Positions 18,586 through 26,753 of a DNA stretch of 64,000 bases are shown here, in pieces; position 1 is the first letter of the stretch; each line of letters begins with the position of its first letter. The stretch is taken from assembly GCA_963836755.1 (NCBI GenBank), contig CAWIKF010000002.1, forward strand, positions 1,440,001 to 1,504,000. Reading direction: 5' to 3'. The DNA comes from an uncultured Verrucomicrobiae bacterium (lineage in GTDB: Bacteria; Verrucomicrobiota; Verrucomicrobiia; Chthoniobacterales; Chthoniobacteraceae). The position numbers were made by a program, and so were the translations under genes. The notes below the pieces were generated by a model. It did no database searches. It was not told where the DNA came from and was given only the letters and a program-made list of their open reading frames with translations.

Positions 18586-19025
18586 AGAAACTTCTCATTG
18601 TCGTTTGTGTGACATTGTGTCTTTCGGTTCAACAAAGAGCCTGGGCGCGCCTCGGTGAAACTCGCGCGGAGTTAATGACGCGTTATGGAAAAGTGGAGAG
18701 CGAATCCAACGGTCCGTTCGGCGAGTTGAGCCTTACTTTTTACAAAGGCGGTTTTTGCATCACGGCTGATTTAATCGGTCAAAAAACGGTGAACCTGGTG
18801 ATTCAAAAATTGGACAAAAGCGCGATCAGCGAAGCCGAAATGGCGGCGCTCTTGTCAGACAATGCAAATGGCCAGCAATGGAAAAAAGGAGCTGTCCCCG
18901 ATTATTGGATGCGGACGGATGGAGCGGTCGCGGTTGGTGGCGGCAAGACAATCTCTTTTTCCACTCCTGAGTGGCTTTCAAAATCAAAACCGTCTTCCGG
19001 GAAAAACAACCTCTCCGGCTTCTGA
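18582..19025 (+). CDS. Exported moron protein
   Basis: Signal peptide MKKLLIVVCVTLCL...AWA. Confidence 0.7.
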   Translation: MKKLLIVVCVTLCLSVQQRAWARLGETRAELMTRYGKVESESNGPFGELSLTFYKGGFCITADLIGQKTVNLVIQKLDKSAISEAEMAALLSDNANGQQWKKGAVPDYWMRTDGAVAVGGGKTISFSTPEWLSKSKPSSGKNNLSGF

Positions 19026-19053
19026 TGATTCCGCGCTAACCCTATAGATTACT

Positions 19054-19323
19054 ATGCCGCTTTCCAGCTTTCACAACCGAGACATGGACGAAAGTCCCTT
19101 CACAATCGGCGAATTTGTTGCCTACCTTTCTGAGTTTCCGCAACACCATGAGCTTCGTTTTATGGGCATGGACGGAGAGCTATTCTTTTCGCGCTTCAAG
19201 CAGCGGGGAGAAACGCTGGAAACCATTGAGTTTTACGAGCCAGCCCATGATGAAAACCAACAGGCCGGTGTAGAGCGCATTAGAAGACTAGAACGCGAGA
19301 TCAGGCGCTTAAAAGGTGAATGA
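19054..19323 (+). CDS. Small moron protein
   Basis: 89 aa; TIGEFVAYLSEFP...FSRFKQRG. Confidence 0.55.
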   Translation: MPLSSFHNRDMDESPFTIGEFVAYLSEFPQHHELRFMGMDGELFFSRFKQRGETLETIEFYEPAHDENQQAGVERIRRLEREIRRLKGE

Positions 19324-19387
19324 AAGGGCATTCGATTCCCGCTTCTGACGATTCTCCGACACTTCTCCCCTTAACTTTTTCATAGAC

Positions 19388-20383
19388 ATGACAAACACCA
19401 AGCGCCGGAAGCTTGTTTACAAACAAGCGATTTTTAACAAGCCGTTAAAGAAAACTCTCGAACAGCTGATCCGCGCGGCGATGAAAATTCGCAAAACCGC
19501 ATTGAGCCGGCGCTACCAGCCGACCGATGAAGAAAACCGGTTTAACCTGGTCAATTATCATCTCGCTCACGCCGCTCCAGAGGTTGCCGGAATGATCTAT
19601 GGCATTGAATTGATTGCCTACGAAGCCGGCAACGACCCCGGCGCAATCGCCCTCGATCCAAAAGCGGATCAACTGCCCATTGAGCAGCTTGTTAAACGTG
19701 GAGACACCCGCGAAGCCGTGGATGGTCTTCTCTATGCAGGTTTCCGTGGAGACCATGTCGTTTTGGTGCAGTCCCAGTCCCTCAAGAGCCTCCATTTGGA
19801 AATGTATCTCAACTGGCTTTTGCGCGAAACCGGCCAGATTGATCGCGAAAACGCCGTGGGATTGCTGGATCATAATCCACAGGCGAATCAAAAACATCCG
19901 CCCGCTGCGCGAGGGATTGTGGTGCGAGGTCCCCTTACAACAGTTGAACAAACCGTCATCGTCACATCTAACAAAGAAGCGGATGATGAAGTGCGCTCGA
20001 TTGTCATACGTCCCAAAACGCGTTCATGGGCTGCGGTGCGGGAGTATTTCAAAGACCTGATGGATTTTCCTGCCGAACTGAAAGGGGAAGACGCCTTTGT
20101 GGCCGCTTCGCTGCAAGTGGAAATCAAACTGGAATGGTTGCGCGCTAAAGCCGAAATGCACTCCGAACTTCTCGACAAAATGAGAGTGGCGTTGCGCCAC
20201 GTGGAAGATGAGTGCGATTACAAAATCAAAACGGATGAAGGCGAAATCACAAAGGACCAGATGAAACTTTTTGACGTTCAGAATATTATTTGGGGTAGAG
20301 TCCAGCCGGCATTTGATGACCTCTTTCCCCGCATGCTCACGTATGTCGCGAAGCTTGCCAAAGGTGGTAAGATTGAAATGTGA
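19388..20383 (+). CDS. Hypothetical moron protein (candidate defence component A)
   Basis: 331 aa, visibly AT-richer, coupled to the next gene. Confidence 0.75.
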   Translation: MTNTKRRKLVYKQAIFNKPLKKTLEQLIRAAMKIRKTALSRRYQPTDEENRFNLVNYHLAHAAPEVAGMIYGIELIAYEAGNDPGAIALDPKADQLPIEQLVKRGDTREAVDGLLYAGFRGDHVVLVQSQSLKSLHLEMYLNWLLRETGQIDRENAVGLLDHNPQANQKHPPAARGIVVRGPLTTVEQTVIVTSNKEADDEVRSIVIRPKTRSWAAVREYFKDLMDFPAELKGEDAFVAASLQVEIKLEWLRAKAEMHSELLDKMRVALRHVEDECDYKIKTDEGEITKDQMKLFDVQNIIWGRVQPAFDDLFPRMLTYVAKLAKGGKIEM

Positions 20384-20871
20384 AGTTCCGGCGCCTACTT
20401 CCTTCCCTTGGAGTAGCTGCATTCGGAGGAATCTGTGGCTGGTATTTGCTTCCTCTGGTCGCTGAAAAAACGACGACTGACGCCCTGAAATTATCGGCTG
20501 TGATTTTCACTCTATCCGCCGCTTTTTTTTGGCAGTTGGTGAGAGAGTTTAAACAACTGCGCGCCACGGCTATGACCATGGACCCGCTTCGGCATCGGAA
20601 ACTTCTTGCCCGGATTACAGAGGTTCGCCGGAGAAGCTGGACCAAGTTTTTTCTGGGTGCCTCGGCTACGATCGCTATTGCCGTAACTGCATTTCTGCCC
20701 CATTCGCGTATTTTGCTCGCGATAGGCGGCGCCGCATTTTTTTTGGTGCTGTGGAGCTTTTTCTCCCTGCTCTTGAATTACTTTACGATCGAAAAACAAA
20801 CGGAGCGGTTTGACGAAGAAGAAAGAGAGCGGGATCGCCGCGATAAGTTCCTGCACGGAATCTCCGGCTAG
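20380..20871 (+). CDS. 4-TM membrane moron protein (candidate defence component B)
   Basis: GTGA overlap; four hydrophobic helices and a charged tail. Confidence 0.7.
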   Translation: MKFRRLLPSLGVAAFGGICGWYLLPLVAEKTTTDALKLSAVIFTLSAAFFWQLVREFKQLRATAMTMDPLRHRKLLARITEVRRRSWTKFFLGASATIAIAVTAFLPHSRILLAIGGAAFFLVLWSFFSLLLNYFTIEKQTERFDEEERERDRRDKFLHGISG

Positions 20872-21062
20872 AAAAAGCGCCGTAGGATCACCGCAGTCAG
20901 CTCCGCGTTTGCAGCGAGGGCTTTTTGCAGGCGCTCCCGCGTGGTCAGCTTTGCCGGCGCATTGAACGGGTTGTGGTCGCTATCGACCATCTCCCAAAGC
21001 GCGCGGTTGAATGCCTCCACCTGCTCGAGCGCAGCGGCGGGACTAATGACATCTTTTTCCAA
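20868..21062 (-). CDS. Small hypothetical protein
   Basis: 64 aa, TTG start, convergent with the morons. Confidence 0.35.
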   Translation of the reverse strand: MEKDVISPAAALEQVEAFNRALWEMVDSDHNPFNAPAKLTTRERLQKALAANAELTAVILRRFF

Positions 21063-21171
21063 AGCACGGTTGTTTTACACTTGTAGAGAGGGCAAAGCAA
21101 GGTGCTCTTTCCGCAGCATTCGCGCGGTGAAATGACGGCACGGCAGGGCGCGGGCAAGCTGGCTTTTTTGC

Positions 21172-21504
21172 ATGGCATTCAATCCGGAATTTTCAATCGG
21201 CTCCATCGCCGCCATTGGCACATCCCTCCTCGGTTACGGGATGGTTCTCTTGCGGGTCGGCACCTTTAACGGAGTTTCAATCCAGCGCTTTGAAACAAAC
21301 GCCCTCGCGATCAACGAGGTGAAGGCCGACGTGGATGCGCTGCGCAGTGAGCGCGACGCGGCCACGAACAATTTGCGCGAGGAAATCCGCTCTCTCAACA
21401 CCTCCATCTCCGCCGCGCTCCAGGACAACGCGCGCGCGATCGGCCGACTCGAGGGCGCAAACGACCTCGCGAAGCAAATCGCCCAATCCCTGCGCCACTC
21501 ATGA
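21172..21504 (+). CDS. Mu gp25-like TM + coiled-coil protein
   Basis: N-terminal TM, heptad repeats; precedes a gp26-like gene. Confidence 0.55.
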   Translation: MAFNPEFSIGSIAAIGTSLLGYGMVLLRVGTFNGVSIQRFETNALAINEVKADVDALRSERDAATNNLREEIRSLNTSISAALQDNARAIGRLEGANDLAKQIAQSLRHS

Positions 21505-21764
21505 TAAGCGAACAGCAACGCCGTGAAGAATGCCGGCGCGAGGTGCGCGCTTTTTTGGTGCGGCGCCAGAAACTCGCCTTTTGCGCGGAATCCGTTCACC
21601 GCCGCTTGAAAATCGAAAACGATTTCTCGCTCGAGGAGATCGAACAGGCGCTCACGCTGCTCGCCGGGCTGGGGCAGTGCACCGCAACGCCGGAGGAGCT
21701 CGGCGCGACTTTGTTTTACCAGGCGACCAGCGCCGGTGTGCTGGCGGAGGAACGCGCGCAGTGA
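21501..21764 (+). CDS. Mu gp26-like winged-helix protein
   Basis: EIEQALTLLAGLGQ...ATSAGV pattern. Confidence 0.55.
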   Translation: MISEQQRREECRREVRAFLVRRQKLAFCAESVHRRLKIENDFSLEEIEQALTLLAGLGQCTATPEELGATLFYQATSAGVLAEERAQ

Positions 21765-21991
21765 AAACGATTGTGTTACAACTCATCGGCGACCAGGCGG
21801 GGAACCTTTCAAGCATGCGCGCGGCGATGTTGCTCGGGCTCGTGATCGTGCTCGGCGCGTGGCTCGTCGTGAGCATCCACCAGCACGCGCTGCAAAACCT
21901 TCCCGACAACATTCTTTACCTCTTGATCGCGCTGATTAGCGGCAAGGCGGTGCAAAAATTCGGCGAAACGCCGCCTGTAAAACAACCGTAA
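21761..21991 (+). CDS. Holin-like 2-TM protein
   Basis: DQAGNLSSMR followed by two TM helices; GTGA overlap. Confidence 0.65.
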   Translation: MKTIVLQLIGDQAGNLSSMRAAMLLGLVIVLGAWLVVSIHQHALQNLPDNILYLLIALISGKAVQKFGETPPVKQP

Positions 21992-21996
21992 CTATT

Positions 21997-22233
21997 ATGT
22001 CCAAAACCATTTCTGCCAGAGTCTCCGCACTGCTCATCGCGCTCGCTTTTTTTCTCGCGTGCCTTTTCGCGTTCCTGTTTTCCGGCTGCGCGGCGAGCTC
22101 GGCGGTCGATACCGATTTTCGCCGCAAGGTGCAAAGCGACACCACCAGCGTGAACGCCACCTATGACCCGCAGACCGGCGGCGCCGGCGGCCAGCTCACG
22201 AACACGATCATCTTTCGCGATCCATCCAAATGA
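21997..22233 (+). CDS. Lipoprotein (spanin-like position)
   Basis: Lipobox FSGC after a hydrophobic stretch. Confidence 0.6.
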   Translation: MSKTISARVSALLIALAFFLACLFAFLFSGCAASSAVDTDFRRKVQSDTTSVNATYDPQTGGAGGQLTNTIIFRDPSK

Positions 22234-22979
22234 ACTATTCCGCTCCGGTTTCCGTTTCCCACGATCACTTTGCCGCGGACTCGCTCCGGCTCGAGGCGGT
22301 GACAGTCTGCGTCGGCTTTGACGATCTGCTTGATGCCACGCTTGCGCTCAACACCGCGCACGTCGATCACTTCATCGTCGTAACTTCCCATGCGGACGTT
22401 GCGACACAGGCCGTCGCTCGCAAGCACAGCGCGACGTGCGTGCAGACCGATTTGTTCCAGAAAAACGGCCGGCATTTCAACAAAGGCGCGGCGATCAATG
22501 CCGGCTTCGACTATTTCCAATATCACGGCTGGCGTCTCCATCTCGATTCCGACATCGCGCTTCCGGATAACTTTCGCCGGGTGCTCTTTAATCACACGCA
22601 TCTTGAGCAAAGCTGCATCTACGGAGCTGACCGGCTCGACGTGATCGGCCTCGACGCTTTGGACGCGGCGCGCCGGCAGCCCCAGCACGCGCACGCGTGC
22701 CTGGTCGATCCGCAGCCGCGTTCGCTTTGCGCACGGTATGTCGATCCGCTGCGCGGCTATTGCCCAATCGGGTTTTTCCAGCTTTGGCATGCGCGCGCGC
22801 ACAAGCAATATCCGTGGAGCCTGGGCAGCGCCGCGCATGACGATGTGATGTTCAGCGCGGCATGGCCGCACGCCTGTCGCCGCTTGCTGCCGAGCGTGAT
22901 CGTCCAGCATCTTTGCGCCGCGCCTCCTCAATGGGGTGAGAATTGGGAAGGTCAGCGCCGCCAACCGCGCGTCGATTAA
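22230..22979 (+). CDS. GT-A fold glycosyltransferase
   Basis: VTVCVGFDD, FNKGAAIN, LHLDSDI (DxD), IGFFQL, HDD. Confidence 0.75.
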   Translation: MNYSAPVSVSHDHFAADSLRLEAVTVCVGFDDLLDATLALNTAHVDHFIVVTSHADVATQAVARKHSATCVQTDLFQKNGRHFNKGAAINAGFDYFQYHGWRLHLDSDIALPDNFRRVLFNHTHLEQSCIYGADRLDVIGLDALDAARRQPQHAHACLVDPQPRSLCARYVDPLRGYCPIGFFQLWHARAHKQYPWSLGSAAHDDVMFSAAWPHACRRLLPSVIVQHLCAAPPQWGENWEGQRRQPRVD

Positions 22980-22980
22980 A

Positions 22981-23580
22981 ATGAGTTTCGACATCGCGAG
23001 CCTGAGTCCGGAATACGTGCGGTTGTTTAACACCTGCCAGCCGCGCGACACGGCTGCGGTGGAAAAAATCGCCGCGCGCTTTCCTAGCGTCGCTTCCTAC
23101 TACGATGCCGCTTCCGTGCTGACCGGCGTGCCGGTGTATGTGATTTTTTTGCTTCATCACATGGAGTGCGATTTGTCGTTTTCACTTCACCTGCACAACG
23201 GCGACAGCCTGCGGCGCAAAACGGTGAATGATCCCGCGGGACGGCCTCCGGTGTGGGAGCCATCGGAGCCGCCGACGCATGAGGATTGGTCGCGTAGCGC
23301 AGTCGATGCCTTGCGTTACGACCGGCTCGATCAAATCAATCCCTGGGATGTCGCCGGCATCGCCTACGGCCTTGAGAAATTTAACGGATGGGGTTACCGC
23401 AGCCACGGAATCAACGATCCTTATCTTTGGAGCGGCTCCAACCATTACGAGCGCGGAAAATATGTTAGCGACGGCCATTTCGACCCTGACGCGGTGAGCT
23501 CGCAGGTCGGCGCGATGGTGGTTTTGGCGGCGCTCTGCAAATCCGACCTGGTCGCGCTGCCGGCAATTGCAATCCCATGA
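22981..23580 (+). CDS. Endolysin, lysozyme-like family
   Basis: LHHMEC...LHNGD...LEKFNGWGY...YLWSGS..Y..GKYVSDG.FDP. Confidence 0.85.
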   Translation: MSFDIASLSPEYVRLFNTCQPRDTAAVEKIAARFPSVASYYDAASVLTGVPVYVIFLLHHMECDLSFSLHLHNGDSLRRKTVNDPAGRPPVWEPSEPPTHEDWSRSAVDALRYDRLDQINPWDVAGIAYGLEKFNGWGYRSHGINDPYLWSGSNHYERGKYVSDGHFDPDAVSSQVGAMVVLAALCKSDLVALPAIAIP

Positions 23581-23909
23581 ACCTCTCCGGCCTCGAGTCG
23601 CTTTCCATGATCGAGCTGCGGGACCTGGGCCTGCGTGTGCGCAACCTGCTTTCGCACCGCATCATGTCAGACCCCGACCACTCGATTGCAGCGTTGAATG
23701 GCTTGAAAGCGGAGGATCATCCCGCCGTGGAACCGGACCCGGTCATTTGCAGCGTGCTTGGCCGCGACTCGGGCTGTCCCTACTGCCGCGAGGCGAGTGT
23801 GAGCTCGACGCTTAGTTTTTTCATCGCCTCGCCGGCGCAGGGTGAAGATGGATCGCTTGCGGAGACGCGCAGCTATGGTTGCTCCCGCAATCATTGGTGG
23901 AACGCGTAG
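23577..23909 (+). CDS. Zn-ribbon hypothetical protein
   Basis: CPYC...CSRNH. Confidence 0.5.
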   Translation: MNLSGLESLSMIELRDLGLRVRNLLSHRIMSDPDHSIAALNGLKAEDHPAVEPDPVICSVLGRDSGCPYCREASVSSTLSFFIASPAQGEDGSLAETRSYGCSRNHWWNA

Positions 23910-23976
23910 CAAGGTTCGCAGGCTTTGCGCCGTCGCGTGACCGGTGCACAGACGCGTGCAAGGCTCCGCGCCGCAA

Positions 23977-24627
23977 ATGCCCATCACGCGCAAAGGTAAA
24001 ATCGCCCGGCTTCCGTTCGCCATTCGCGAGCAGGTCAACCAGCGCCTGCTCGACAACGAAAACGGGCCGCGGATCATCGCGTGGATCAATGGGCAATGCG
24101 AACTCAAGGGGAGCGCGGCGATCAATGATGGCAACCTGAGCGAGTGGCGCGCGGGAGGCTTCGCGGACTGGCTTGAAAAGCGCGACAAAGTCGAACGCAC
24201 AAAAGCGCTCGCCGAATACTCACTGCGCATCGCGGAGGCGGGCGGCGGATCGATGAACCTGCCCGCGGCCATCGCCGGCGGCCAGATCATGGAAGTGCTC
24301 GAGGAGTTTGATCCGAGCGTCTTGAAAGTGATGCTCGCGCAGAACCCGGCGGCGTGGATGGAAATCCTGGACAAACTTTCAAAGCTCCAGCGCAGCAACG
24401 CGGATGAAAAAGTAGCGGCGCAAAACGATGTAAAACTTTCGCAAAACGAGCGGAAGCTCGCGCTCGATGAAGCGCGCTTTCAGCGCACCACGTGCGAGCT
24501 CTTCGTCAAATGGGCCGCGCGCGAGGAGGCGCTGCGCATCGCGCTCGACAAGTCTCTCAAGCCCGACGTGCAGATCGAGGGGTTGCGCGCGCTGATGTTT
24601 GGAAAGGTGGAAAATGCCTCCACGTAA
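23977..24627 (+). CDS. DUF3486 / Mu gp27-like small terminase subunit
   Basis: RKGKIARLPFAIREQVNQRL...IIAWIN; directly upstream of the terminase. Confidence 0.75.
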   Translation: MPITRKGKIARLPFAIREQVNQRLLDNENGPRIIAWINGQCELKGSAAINDGNLSEWRAGGFADWLEKRDKVERTKALAEYSLRIAEAGGGSMNLPAAIAGGQIMEVLEEFDPSVLKVMLAQNPAAWMEILDKLSKLQRSNADEKVAAQNDVKLSQNERKLALDEARFQRTTCELFVKWAAREEALRIALDKSLKPDVQIEGLRALMFGKVENAST

Positions 24628-25639
24628 AACATCGCCTCGCCAAAAACGGCGAGAGGATCCCGCCGAGGTGGCGGCTGGGCCAAAAGGCGGTCGGCGGACG
24701 GGCGAGCCATCGCTGCAAAAGGCGATTGCAGCTGGCGCTGATATGACGCCGCTGATCGTCCATCGCATCTACCAGCGCGAGGTTTTCCGGCAACAGCTCC
24801 GCCGTCTGTTTTTGCTTTGGGCGCGGCAGACGGGAAAAAGTTTCACGCTCGCGAGCGAGGCACTCGACCTGATGATGGCGACGCCCGGCGCGCTCGTGAC
24901 TTTCATCTCCGCGAGCATCGTGCTCGGCACGGAAATCCTGCTCAAGGAAGTGCAGATTTGGATGAAGTTTCTCGCGCTTTACCGCGAGGCTGCGGCGCAC
25001 GCTGGACTGAAACTCACCAGCACCGCGGATGGCCTGGACATAGACGACGTGGCCGATCTTTTCGAGCACAGCAAGCTCGAGACAAAATTGTGGCACAGCA
25101 ATTCCACCTGCTCGCGCTCGCGCGTAATCGCCCCGAACCCCGACACAGCGGTCGGTTGGACGGCGCACATCATTGGCGACGAAGTCGGCCGCTGGCCGAA
25201 TGCGCAGGACGTTTTTGAAGCGGTGATCCCGTTCATGAAAAGCAACCGCGGCTTGAAACTGCGGCTCGCAACCACGCCGCCGCCCGATGACAAGCACGTC
25301 ACCTTTGAGTGGTTCCTGCCGCCGCAGGAGGACTTTCCGGTCAACGCCAAAGGCAACTGGTTCAAGGCGCCGTGCGGGATTATGACGCACCGGCTAGACG
25401 CTTGGGATGCGTTCGCGGCAGACGTGCCGGTGTTTCATCCCGACACCGGCGCGGAGATCACGCCGGAGGAAGATCGCGCGCTCGCCGCCGACAAATCGGC
25501 GTGGGATCGCAACAACGCGTTGAAATTTCTTGCCGGCGGCACCGCTGCGGTGAGCCTCGCCTCGCTGCAACGCGCGATGGCGGCCGGTCGTGGCTTTTGC
25601 CTGGGCATCAACATCACGGAGCCAGTGGTTTTCGCATGA
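24614..25639 (+). CDS. Terminase large subunit, ATPase half
   Basis: Walker A ARQTGKS, Walker B IIGDE, motif III ATTP; no nuclease domain. Confidence 0.85.
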   Translation: MPPRKTSPRQKRREDPAEVAAGPKGGRRTGEPSLQKAIAAGADMTPLIVHRIYQREVFRQQLRRLFLLWARQTGKSFTLASEALDLMMATPGALVTFISASIVLGTEILLKEVQIWMKFLALYREAAAHAGLKLTSTADGLDIDDVADLFEHSKLETKLWHSNSTCSRSRVIAPNPDTAVGWTAHIIGDEVGRWPNAQDVFEAVIPFMKSNRGLKLRLATTPPPDDKHVTFEWFLPPQEDFPVNAKGNWFKAPCGIMTHRLDAWDAFAADVPVFHPDTGAEITPEEDRALAADKSAWDRNNALKFLAGGTAAVSLASLQRAMAAGRGFCLGINITEPVVFA

Positions 25640-26070
25640 ACCGGTTTTTTGACATCGCCGGCGATCTCTCCCGGCAGCTCGCACCGTGGGAGCTGAAGCG
25701 GCTGGGCATCAATCCGAAATTCGCGCACTTCCAGCTCTGCGAAGTGATCCGTTTCCGCAGTGACATCGCCGGCGGCGTGGTCCGCGTGCCGCTCGGTTTT
25801 ATTTCCGACCTCGCGTCGATTCCGCAGTTCGCCTGGTCAATCTTTATGGCCGCAGATGATCCGCGCATCGAGCTGGGCGCATGGGTCCACGATCGCCTTT
25901 ATTCGCGGGCGGGAAAAATCGTCCTGGAGGACGGGACGCGCATCACGCTCACGCGCGAGGAAGCCGACCGCATTCTCACGGAGGAAGCGATGCCCGAGCT
26001 GGAAGCGACGACCTTTCAACGAGCCTCAGTTTACCGCGCCCTACGCTGGTTTGGAGACCGCTGGAAATGA
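25636..26070 (+). CDS. DUF1353-family protein
   Basis: VPLGFISDLASIP...HDRLY...TREEADRIL...YRALRWFG. Confidence 0.85.
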   Translation: MNRFFDIAGDLSRQLAPWELKRLGINPKFAHFQLCEVIRFRSDIAGGVVRVPLGFISDLASIPQFAWSIFMAADDPRIELGAWVHDRLYSRAGKIVLEDGTRITLTREEADRILTEEAMPELEATTFQRASVYRALRWFGDRWK

Positions 26071-26747
26071 CCCTCTCGCACGTTTTACCCGCAAACTGGC
26101 GCGACGTCTTCACGCGCGATCATCGCCGGATCGGCATCGGCGTTGATCCCGCGACGACCACGAAAAAAAAGAGCAACCCGAGCGCGATCGCCGTGATCCA
26201 GCAAGTGGGCCTCAGCTATTTTGTGCGCATCCTTTTGCGTTTCAAAACGAGCGACGATCGTGTGACCACCGGCTTAATCCACGAGCTCGCACTCGAGCTT
26301 CCGCATGGGCTGAAGGTGCGCCGGGTTTGCATCCTCGCGACCAATGAGCGTTTCTACGCCGGCCAGCTCCGGCGTTCGCTCGCGGGGAAGGTGCCCGTGG
26401 AGGCCGTGATCGAAAGCGAGGCGACTCAATACCTGGGCGAGCAGATGACCGTGAAAGCGTATCTCGGCAACCAGCTCGTCAACACGATTGATGACGGCTA
26501 CCTGCCGCTGCCTGATGAGAAATGGGTGCAGTCTGATTTTCGGCAGGTGGATCGCGACAAGGGGACTTTCAACGCGGAGCCCGATGAGAACGGCAACCAC
26601 GCGGACGGGTTTTGCGCGACTGGCGCGGGCCTGCACGCGCTGATCGGCCGCGGAGGTCCGGCGCAGGCGCGCGCGGTGACGACCGGCAGCTTCGGCGGCA
26701 GGAAATCGAGCGGCGGCTGGAAGAACCCGTATTTTTCAAAATTCTAG
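26067..26747 (+). CDS. Terminase large subunit, nuclease half
   Basis: IGIGVDPA and NGNHADGFCA RNase H-fold acidic motifs. Confidence 0.8.
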   Translation: MTLSHVLPANWRDVFTRDHRRIGIGVDPATTTKKKSNPSAIAVIQQVGLSYFVRILLRFKTSDDRVTTGLIHELALELPHGLKVRRVCILATNERFYAGQLRRSLAGKVPVEAVIESEATQYLGEQMTVKAYLGNQLVNTIDDGYLPLPDEKWVQSDFRQVDRDKGTFNAEPDENGNHADGFCATGAGLHALIGRGGPAQARAVTTGSFGGRKSSGGWKNPYFSKF

Positions 26748-26753
26748 AAAATC

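Noticed and set aside
1992..24663. 30-bp repeat pair as attL/attR or as a DGR template/variable pair
   Set aside because: Both copies lie inside phage genes rather than at boundaries, they are identical (no adenine variation), and no integrase or reverse transcriptase is present
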